From Lingula anatina (taxonomy: Eukaryota > Animalia > Brachiopoda), in assembly GCA_051362555.1 (NCBI GenBank), contig CM120642.1, positions 18,476,001-18,540,000 on the forward strand: a DNA stretch of 64,000 nucleotides, read 5' to 3'. A program made the translations under genes and the position numbers. The notes under the pieces were generated by a model. It searched no databases. It was not told the DNA's origin and saw nothing but the letters and a program-made list of their open reading frames with translations. Every line of letters begins with the position of its first letter. Position 1 is the first letter of the stretch. Positions 38,619 through 48,576 of this stretch are shown in pieces.

Positions 38619-38935
38619 CAGTGGCGGATTTATAGGGGGGTCAGGGGGGTCCTGACCCCCCCCCCCCCCCCCCCCCCCCATTCAGTCTCCGAAAAAATCA
38701 CACTAATTTTCCCCTCTTGGAATTAGAATTCTGACTAGTTGACTTATAGTTCTAAACCGTACCAAATGGATTCGTTCGCCCTCTAAAATACCAAAATTTT
38801 TCGGGGCTCTTCAGCGGGGGTCCACAGATGCGAAGCCAACCCCCCTCTCCAAACCCCTCGCTAACGGGGGGGGGGGGTTGGCCTCGCATCTGTGGACCCC
38901 CCCCCCCCCTTCAAATATTCCTGGATCCACCCCTG
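38619..38935. mobile_element. MITE with CAG termini and 5-bp target site duplication
   Basis: CAGTGGCGGAT ... ATCCACCCCTG imperfect TIR; GTGTC on both flanks (38614-38618, 38936-38940); internal G/C hairpins. Confidence 0.72.
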
Positions 38936-40506
38936 GTGTCGGTAATCAAATGTTATAGAAGTGAAATATCATGTCTTAATGGCTCAGAACTTTCCAAACA
39001 ATCATCTAAAGTTGCTGTGGCAGTATTGAAATAATTTTCAATAAAATATATAAACTAAATCAATTTTCTGATGAGTGCAGTACGGGCATGTTAGTTTCTT
39101 AGTACAAAAATATTATCAATGATGTGAAAAAAGATGTATAAGGAGTAGGGTTGATTTGAAAAGTAGAACCGAGTTCCACATTATTCACATTGGTGTTGTT
39201 TCAAGACATTTTCATTTTTATATCAACAAAATGCGAAGGATGTTGCATCTATCAAAAGCATCATCTCTTAAACACAAATTGGTTTACACAGTAAGATAGC
39301 ACCCTCTACCACGGCGGCAGCTTAATTCCATATTTTTTCTTCGAATCGTGCCATGAATTAGCCAAAAACATACTAATATGTATAATACTGACCTTTTCCC
39401 ACCAAAAAGGGTGTCTTTCGAACGCCCCCCCCCCCCCCACACACACACACACACACACATTTCACAGTGTCATATCCCGACACAAATTTTGAGATGAGAT
39501 GCACTACTTTCCAACCTCGCTCAGAATCATCGCTATATCACATCGTGTACTAGGCAAGGGCGGTGTTGGGTCTGGTACTTCGAAGCGCTTACTGATACAC
39601 ACCTTGAAAACGAGTAGTGAAAACGATCTACCTGTGAATTCAGGATCATTCGGTGCCGAGTCTGGTAGTTGGGTAGGCTCTTGTGGGCCATGGCAATCTT
39701 TTACAGGTGAAATCGCCGATTCTTTATGATATTTCTCGTACATATCTCATGTTTACTTTGAAAAAAAGTGTTTTTATAAAAAAAGAAATAAAACTGAAAA
39801 ACAGATACGGTCAACAAAATATTAACATGTGAAGGCATTTGAGAGGCATTTCGTATAATTAGAAGGCATTGATCGATCGTCAAACATCTGTGTAAATTTT
39901 GCTTTAGGAATTCAGTTCAGGTACAGTGTAGTTGGCGATGCAGTTCCACATAGTGTCGATTTCACTTACGTTCATGAAAAACCCCAATATAACCACTGCA
40001 TCTCTACTATCTTAAAATCGATGTATGAATCCATCTCACATATGAATAGGAGTCCACATTTACCGATAACAGGCTAAAAAAGGGATAAATAAAAAATAAA
40101 ACGTAGAGAAAAAGAAAAAAAAAGAATAAAAACATTGAAACGTCATGACACCCACGTGAAAATCCTTCATAAAAAAGGTAATAATTTCAATAATTACCCA
40201 AACGCTCAGTGAAATAAAGTACGAAAATAATGAAAATCATTCAATATCATAATCACATCAGCCTCATACGACGAAGGAGATTGCCTTTACATGAAATCAT
40301 CTTATTACCTGATATATCTCGACTGACTTGGTTATCAACGTCAGTCATTAATGTATTAACTTAAACAGTTAATTGACTTCAAAACAGGACGCCGGCTTGA
40401 TAAACGTTTCCTGTAATATGCTGTAATGTTTATTACCACTCTAGAAATAATCCATGCCTATAACTGACTAATGTATTACATAATTTTTTCTACCAACAGT
40501 AAACAC

Positions 40507-40595
40507 TATAAATACATAGTACAGAAACCGGGATAAATTGGTCTCTGACTTCAGCGAAAGCATTTCAGAAATACTGGCCGACATTCTTTGTCAAG
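40507..40595 (+). promoter_or_regulatory. TATA box and non-coding first exon of the small Cys-rich peptide gene
   Basis: TATAAATA at 40507-40514; AAG|GTAAGT donor at 40595/40596; CAG acceptor at 40836-40838, five bases before the ATG. Confidence 0.72.
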
Positions 40596-40843
40596 GTAAG
40601 TCCTGGCTGAACTTATGATATGGTAAAGCAAATTAACGTACGGTGAGTGCCATTTTAGTAAAATACAAGGAAGTGAGTTTTTTATAATCAAATACAGAAC
40701 CAGAAGGGGAAAGCAATAGTCGACAGTATTATAACACGGAAAATGAAAGCCCACACGGTTTCAATGAATGTTTTTAGCCTTTAAAGCTCTTGGAAAAGTT
40801 CCGCTGGTGTAAATTAATTATTTCTTATCTTATCACAGACAAG

Positions 40844-41290
40844 ATGAACAAGCTGCTGGTTGCGTTGGTGGTTCTTGTAGCGGTTGCCGCCATACAAGTG
40901 GCAGACGCTGCCCCAGGGGTGGTTCTCGAACGCTTTACAGATCTTCAAAACAAAGAGGCTTCGTGGATTAATCAGGTATCTCCTCTATACATAACACGTT
41001 ACTAAAGCATCAATTCACTGCAAGAATGCATGTCTATATACACCGTGCTTTCCAGAATTTAAATTAATAGTTTATATATTGGTTATGTATGTAAACAATA
41101 TATTACCAACACAGATGTGGCAAACTTTTTAATATTCATATTTGAAATGAATATGCATGTATATATGAAAATACCTTTATAAAACTGTTATGTTCTACTT
41201 TCTGTTTGCTTTCAGGGGATAAAGAAACGTGCATATAGGTGTGGTTGTGATCCATCTTGCTACAGTAAATGTGGCAGGTATTGTTGCTAA
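40844..41290 (+). CDS. 68-aa prepropeptide: signal peptide, propeptide, KKR site, mature six-Cys peptide AYRCGCDPSCYSKCGRYCC (defensin/conotoxin-like architecture)
   Basis: Exon 40844-40975 (MNKLLVALVVLVAVAAIQVADAAPGVVLERFTDLQNKEASWINQ, CAG|GT) splices in phase 0 to 41216-41290 (TTTCTGTTTGCTTTCAG|GGG ATA AAG AAA CGT GCA TAT AGG TGT GGT TGT GAT CCA TCT TGC TAC AGT AAA TGT GGC AGG TAT TGT TGC TAA). Confidence 0.86.
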
Positions 41291-41368
41291 ACAGAGCCGA
41301 AATGTATCGAAACCTGTTAAATTTGGCAAAAATTGGCTGTAGCAGCATACATGAATGAATACAAGTAA

Positions 41369-41374
41369 AATAAA
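41369..41374 (+). terminator. Polyadenylation signal of the peptide gene
   Basis: AATAAA about 80 nt after the stop codon. Confidence 0.55.
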
Positions 41375-41782
41375 AGACGTGTTATGAAGTAAAGTATATA
41401 CCGACTATTTTCATCATGGATAAACAAGCTTTATACTGTATTCGATGAAAAAATCTAAATCGATGTTTAGTTGCCAAATAAAAGGTGATTAAAATTAAAT
41501 CAAATTAAAGCCAAATTTCATTTGTAATGTTAAGGCTGTATCTTTTAACCAGAAAAATGAAAGGTACATGTATGTTTGGTCATTTCCCTAGAATAATAAG
41601 CAGTACTAAGATATACTGTATATGCAATCCATCTAATCGCCGCACATTAATGAACTGAGCTTGTGTTCCCGCCGAAGACGCCGCAGCAAGAGCTCTTTCA
41701 AATCTGGTCTTAAATGCAAGTCAACATATGCTGTATAGGCCTATATTAAGTGATGATTTTGGTTTTGATCAACTTTTATCTG

Positions 41783-42037
41783 GGACCTGTTTCACAAAAT
41801 GCCTCGTTTTTTGAACAGTGTAGACTGCCAAAGTGGGACGGCCAAATTATCTTTGTATTGCTGTTCTATGAGCATTTAAGAATGATAGGGTCACAATAAA
41901 TGTACTTGACCTGTTTGAACTACTGTCACCAGAACTTGGTAAAATCATCGAGTAAACGATTTTCTGAAAAGTAACTTACATATAAGCGGCTAATCTTAGT
42001 AAGTCCACAAACTAAATACTTTTTAGGAGACAGGCCC
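41783..42037. mobile_element. Harbinger-type MITE
   Basis: GGACCTGTTTCACAAAA versus GGGCCTGTCTCCTAAAA (reverse complement of right end), CTG on both flanks. Confidence 0.55.
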
Positions 42038-42129
42038 CTGATAAGAAATATAAAGAACAAGTTGCAATAATCATAGATAATAAAGACTCGTGTTGCGAAG
42101 CTGCTGTAGGTGAGCCTGGCGTTTTCCTA

Positions 42130-42367
42130 CACACACTGGACTATGGAAGTGTCACCCCTAATGAACCAATACTTTGGGGGAGATAAATGACTGTCGAATG
42201 ATATGTTCCTGGTATCATTTTATTAACATCAAATTTCACAAAAGAAACGGTTCTGACTGAACAATCCAACTGTACCGATATTCTGACATTACTTATATTC
42301 CGCCTCTTCAGGTTAATAACTGTGATTACTCCGATTCAGGGGTGACACTTCTATTGTCCAGTGCGTG
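42130..42367. mobile_element. TA-flanked MITE
   Basis: 30-bp TIR CACACACTGGACTATGGAAGTGTCACCCCT versus CACGCACTGGACAATAGAAGTGTCACCCCT; TA on both sides. Confidence 0.75.
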
Positions 42368-42594
42368 TACTTTGGTAACGCTATATTATTGAATGGGTGA
42401 ATATATTTAAAAGATATAAGATAAAATCAACACTTTTTTCGAAAGGAAAGAATGGGTAGAATTAGATGATCTGGCAGGTATGAGCCAAGATACGTTTTCG
42501 TTGAATGAACTAGAAAAATTTAGAATTTAATCAATTTACTGATTGTTCTCCTCATCGTGGTAACAGTATATCTGAAAAGCTAAAACTATAATAA

Positions 42595-44187
42595 TCATAT
42601 CAAAATATAAATGCCTATGGGAAGAACTGTCCATGTGAATAGCACGTTAACACCAGTATTATAAAGGACTGATACGTTAACAGCTTTAACGCTTTGCCAT
42701 TCCGTCCAATGACCACGATGATGTAAACACACTGACCTATGACTGACCAGTAGTGGACCATACCCCGGCCACGGTTCAAACCCTGTCCCTATCCGCCAAT
42801 ATAGAACATTACTCAAGTACAGCCTTGACAAGTCCAAACATTTATATCTGGCGCGGCAGCTATTTGTTAACGTCGCCATGACAACGTGGCCTCGTGCTCC
42901 TCTATGAGAAGGGAAAGCTATGTATTCCAGTACGCCATATGTCAGTATGCTGAAAGCGTGGGCGGTTATATTGACAACTTCGCCATCCTCTGCCTCCCAC
43001 ATACCTGAATATTGATCCGCAAAGGTACCAAATCTGGTTATTTTATTGAACGTATTGTTGCAGTGCCCACAATGCTTGAGGCAACGGTGCCCGGCAGGAC
43101 CTATCGGGCCCATATCACAGACAGATTTATCATCACATTGTCTATCGTCTTTGCAAGCTGTTGTTTGAATGGTCATTTGTTTGGCCAAATGCAACGAAAC
43201 AAATAGAGGGTTCATTTTTTGGTCGCCTGTTGAATACGTCGGGTCGAAAAGAGCACCTTTTATCAGAAGAGCTGGGAAGTTGTTGTCCGCGTTTGACGTG
43301 AACCTTAATGTCAAGACGTTTTTATTGATATTGGTTTGTATAAGTATAAAAATGAACCTCCCTGTATTCAAATAACCTAAGCACGTCCCTAACACTGTGC
43401 TGCAGTAAGGATGGTAAACCACATCGCTCAGTTGGCAAACTTCTTCCCTAAAATCCAACGCAACTGGTTCGCCTGGTAGGCAGCCTGCTTCCAGGATAAG
43501 AGATTCACATTCTTTTACACGATAGGCGACGCTTTCCCCATATACCGTCTTCCTGAACATGGTACTGAGAACACTCGCGAAGGACATCAAGTAAGCTCCG
43601 TCAAGGGGACATTTGACCTCGTATTGCCTCATCTCCTTCCAGGTTTCGAAGTGTCGAACCAAAGGCCACGTGACAGTCTGAAGACGCTCGTCGTCACAAA
43701 TGTCATTTCCCGGGTGACCTTTTAGAAAATGCCTGGATGATATTCTCAATTGTATCACACCCATACTTATATTAATGAACTGGAAACAACTGTAGGCAGA
43801 CATGTTCAGTGTATTTATATATTCACTAAGAATATACTTCTGCCCGTCTACGTCGGTGGCGTTTTCCTCCCCGGTCACTTGGCTGTTGCATGTTAAAATA
43901 TAAGGGGTAATCTCTTCTGTACTATTGACCATATTTGTCGGACGAATCGATTCTCCTGTCATTGCAGTTTCATTAAAAATTACCTCGGTTCCTGGACTTG
44001 GAGCGCCGTATTGGGATGTGGTGGTAGAGCTACTAGGTATATCCCCTGTCACGAATCCTGCATGCCATCTTTTGGCCTCCCATACTGTACTGGGAAAAGA
44101 GCACCGCTTCACTACACTGGTTGTGTGCTTGCCAGTCGTTTGTAGAATTATCATGCTGAATAACCATGCCAATGAATTGCTTGGCAT
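42595..44187 (-). CDS. Intronless 530-aa Cys-rich secreted/GPI-type protein with an ShKT-like module
   Basis: Single long ORF; ATG at 44187 starts a hydrophobic leader (MPSNSLAWLFSMIILQ); hydrophobic C-terminus (VLFTWTVLPIGIYILI); CKDDRQC-DDKSVC-x11-CLKHCGHC fits ShKT spacing; repeated CSFP..W / CPLDGAY / F...YSGMW starts suggest three beta-rich modules. Confidence 0.75.
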   Translation of the reverse strand: MPSNSLAWLFSMIILQTTGKHTTSVVKRCSFPSTVWEAKRWHAGFVTGDIPSSSTTTSQYGAPSPGTEVIFNETAMTGESIRPTNMVNSTEEITPYILTCNSQVTGEENATDVDGQKYILSEYINTLNMSAYSCFQFINISMGVIQLRISSRHFLKGHPGNDICDDERLQTVTWPLVRHFETWKEMRQYEVKCPLDGAYLMSFASVLSTMFRKTVYGESVAYRVKECESLILEAGCLPGEPVALDFREEVCQLSDVVYHPYCSTVLGTCLGYLNTGRFIFILIQTNINKNVLTLRFTSNADNNFPALLIKGALFDPTYSTGDQKMNPLFVSLHLAKQMTIQTTACKDDRQCDDKSVCDMGPIGPAGHRCLKHCGHCNNTFNKITRFGTFADQYSGMWEAEDGEVVNITAHAFSILTYGVLEYIAFPSHRGARGHVVMATLTNSCRARYKCLDLSRLYLSNVLYWRIGTGFEPWPGYGPLLVSHRSVCLHHRGHWTEWQSVKAVNVSVLYNTGVNVLFTWTVLPIGIYILI

Positions 44188-44782
44188 TGCTCCGATATAC
44201 TTATTCCTTTCCAACAAAGAAAATGGATTTCAAATCGAAAGCCTTGTCAGCAACACATGAACATGATTAGTCCACGACAGAACAAACAGAGGTTAAAAGC
44301 ATCTGGATGATTTTTATTACATTTCTCAATACTTAACTTGCTGCAGGAATAAATGATTCAGGCGATCGTTCCCCTGGGTTTAATTAAGCCGCCGAACTAA
44401 ATTTATTTATAATGCATCAAAGTCTACTCGAAATATCTGGCGATTTCGTGTAAGGAGGGCATTACATGTACACATTCCTTTTCATCGATTGATACGTCAC
44501 AACCATCCTGGATTAACAATGAACAATCGGTAAACCACGTATATAACCAGTGCAACTACAGCTGATGCAGAAAGTCCCTTTACACTAGATTACGGCTTCG
44601 TTAACGCTGTATGCAGTTTGCAAAACTTTAACAGTAACGAATGGTACATGTTTTTAAATGCTTTTTTATAGTTTTTTAAACATCGCAAACTATTAATCAA
44701 TTTACAATAAAATTTTTTTCAATATTTCACAACCAAAAAGAGATTTCATTGAATTGTTTACATACTTCATAGCAATAATTAA

Positions 44783-45111
44783 AGGTACACTCCATGGGTT
44801 TGAAAATCCCCAAAATGCTTATATTCGCCATCCACATTTTATCATAAAAACTGACTAACACATTAAAATGATTTAACCCCTTAAATATTTTTAGAGCATA
44901 CCTGACGTTGATATTTCCACTGGAGCGTATAGAAAATGATCACTGTTATAACACCTGGTCAGTCATTTTAAGCTAAAATCAACCTTTATAGATTTTATCA
45001 AAGGTCGAATCCAAGTGCAGAAAGGAATAGATAAATGATTCGTGAATACGAAAAAATTGCTTATTTTTTTCAGGAAAATCCATTTTGGTGGGTAAACCTC
45101 ATGGAGTGTAC
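44783..45111. mobile_element. MITE relic (Kolobok-like TTAA|AGG left end)
   Basis: GTACACTCCATGGGTTT versus GTACACTCCATGAGGTTT (reverse complement of right end); right TSD not preserved. Confidence 0.5.
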
Positions 45112-45270
45112 ACACCAGCTACACTGTACGTTAATAAGTTTTGGTGACAGAAAATTTACATTTGCACTGTACAGCATTTATAGGCCCTGCTCTGAAAATT
45201 GATATACTCCAAATGGGCTAATATTCAACAATTATACATGAACAACAAACGCATCCCTTAAACGTGCCTC

Positions 45271-48200
45271 TTATTTCCAAAACAAGACCGTTACAATGAC
45301 TAGCGCCAAAACTCTGGTCAGCTCACGCACTATGCTACGGACATTGTATCCATGCCCGGCACTCGTTTTCTGCTCGGAAGTCAGTACGTCTCCTTCGTTA
45401 CACCCATCTTTGTTGCACGTGCGCCAAGTTAGCTCAGCATTGAAATATGCTCCGGCCCTTTGCTTTAAACTCTTGATAGATTTTGGAACGAACTGGAAGA
45501 AACTTAAGCCGTCTTTGTCACTGAGGGTTTGAATCTGGTCACGTAAGTGTAGTCCCGCACATTGCCGCTTTATCATGGTTATCTCTAAGTTCTCCTCCTG
45601 AAAAATGTTGGTGTTATTATGAACGTGATTTAAAACAAAATCATATCATTAACTATATGGAAGTGTTCCTTGAGTTAGTTATCGTGATGATGCTTAATTG
45701 GCCTTGGTCAAAGCATAAAAGAGATACATATACTACATGTATGGTACACATGTACCTCTACAGCCTTTGTTCATTAGTACATACTGTATGTCAAATTCCA
45801 AATCAGCTTTTCACATTTTGAATAACATGAACGGTTTGCATACGTTTGTGTATATTTTGATCAAATACATGTACGTACTTTTTTCCAGTGGTCTGGTGCC
45901 TGTGTAACGAAAATGAGGATACGTTTAACAGAAAGTCCGCCATCCATTTAGTTATTATGGTAAGGGTAAGCCTGACGTAAGTGAGTCAAAATCTAGGGCG
46001 AGGCGGACTCTCTATCATGGGGGACTCTAGGTGTCACGTTACACCGGTATTGTTTGAGTTTCAATTTAACTTTATGGCGTATTTTCACACTTTTAAATCT
46101 CAGGTGAAACTAAAGGCGACGAATGGATAAAAAAAGCAAATTGAATTTTAAATAAAATTGAGTTCTTTGATACAATCATTCCTGCATGAGAAACACTCCA
46201 TTTTTCCTCAAATAAAACTATACTTCATGTTTGTCAACATCTTTATTAAATCTTGTAAAGCTAGAAAACAAACAGACTATTATTTTTACTTTATTTCTAT
46301 TTTTCATTATTTTATTTAATTATTATTGTTTTTAATTTTCATCATTATTATTTTTTAATGATTACTATTATTATTATTTTGCATTTAACATTCCCCGAGA
46401 AGCAATGCGCTGGCATATTTCATAAGAAAAGGACTCTCTGAGCAGAATGGTCTGGTCACGTGACGGGGTGTCCTAGTCACGTGCCACACCGGCTTTGGGC
46501 CTCATTGATCCAGAAGATAAATGAATAAGCCTATAAACAAGAAAATTCAATCTGCGCTGAAGAGCACATTCAGAACTGCGGACAAACAGTTCTGCGGATC
46601 AGATATGGTTGTCACACTCGAATGCTTGTTGCGTAATCCCCGCGGGATTAATTTGATCCGCCGATATGTTGGTCCGCTGTTCTGAATACGCTCTAACTCA
46701 CCGGTTTGGGGTACTTGTTGATAGACATATTTGCTTTAAACTCCAGCACGAGACAGGAGCCAGCACACTGCACGAGTGGGGTGTTAGCTGTGTCATTCAC
46801 ACACTCCACATCGAGACCAGCACTGGCTGGATTTATCTGGTCGTACTGCCGCTGAGACTCGGGGTCTGAGGAATTGTACTCCATCCACATACATTCATGG
46901 CACTGCGTTTCTGGGACTGAAATATGAAAAGATTTATTAAACTAAGCTCCACTTGCACCCGGGCGCTGTGTGTACCGTACATATGTGGGTACATGCATTG
47001 TAAATTGTAGATTTTTAAAATAATTTTTATAAATTAGCGATATCACAAAAAGAGTTGAACAATGAGTGGCTAAAACCATTATATTATATTATATTATATT
47101 ATATTATATTATATTATATTATATTATATTATATTATATTATATTATATTATATTATATTATGCATTTGCTAAGATATAACCTGCGTGAGCAGACACTTG
47201 CCACTCGAGTTGGCATTTGGCAAATGCAGCTAAGCTATTTTAAATGAAGAGCCCAGACTGACATTTATTAACCAAGATAAGGTGCTTTTTTTCGTTGGGT
47301 AATCTTTCGAACAGATATTCCAACAAGATAGATAGTTTGGATAAGGCCATATATCCGCCAACGCCAAAACACCGTGATGCAAACTGGCCTCTAATTCATT
47401 ATTTTTTCTATATAAGAAACGTTGCTTTTTAATGTATTCGAATAACTGCATGTATTTTTTCTATGTATTCTACACTTGCTTTGTTACTGTTGCTGATGTA
47501 ATGAGTAAATTTTCATGCATGTGTTTTCGAGCACGCACATGTTCATGTTTGTATACCAACGGCGGTTCCGGGAGGGAGGATACAGTGAGTCTCGTGTTCT
47601 CTTTAAAATTCTCAGGGACAGGTGCCCCTTTTCCCCTCCAAAAAAGAAGTAGATCAAGCTAAACGAGATAAAATCAACAAATTATCCCATGTATCCCTTG
47701 CATATTATAATTAAATTGTTTTCGTTTGTTTTATATGTTATAACTTACATGTACATATAACGAGACAAGCTGACCCCCATCCCCCCCCCCCCCCCCCCCC
47801 CCCCCCGGCACCACCCGCCAGGGCATACCTTACCTTGAACAACAGGAGTCGACAAGTCTTGTCCGTTACAGCTATCGGAGTTGCAGGCACAGATAGACCC
47901 ATTCAAATTTCCCATTATTTTAATAGCGTAGCCGCCCTTCAAAGTGTAATCCAAGATTTCCTGGAGGCTTTTCTGGCCAGGGCTCGTGGTGTTGCTGTCC
48001 TTGGGGTCACTGGACACGGAACTACACCCCTCATTTTGACTGGCAACGGGACTGCAACCCCGGTAGGTAATGGTGACTGGCGAATCTTGCTAAAAGCGAA
48101 CATAGCTAAGACTGTTGAAGTTGGAATATGTGTAACCATCTTAGGCCGAATTCAGGGTCAAATATGGCGACCCACTAAAAAGCTTGCCGTGTAATCCGCT

Positions 48201-48543
48201 AATAGAAACTGAATAGATTCCCCTTGAGAAAGTATTCAAGTGGGTCGGTCATATTTGATCTGTGGACTTGTTAGTCCGCTGTTGTGAATGCAGCCTTAAT
48301 TTCGTCATAAAATGTACATGTATGTATACTGCACATGTACATCTATAGTATGCTGACGTCATAAAATATACATGTATACTGCACATGTACATCTATAGTA
48401 TGCTGACGTCATAAAATATACATGTATACTGCACATGTACATCTATAGTATGCTGAAACATATATGGGTTTTACACTACTACTACTACAGTACTATTACT
48501 ACTACCACCACGACTAATAATAAAAATTATTATAATTATAAAT

Positions 48544-48576
<33 letters not shown>

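Noticed and set aside
48303-48456. Regularly spaced repeats as a CRISPR-like array
   Set aside because: Head-to-tail units without unique spacers, in a eukaryotic intron.
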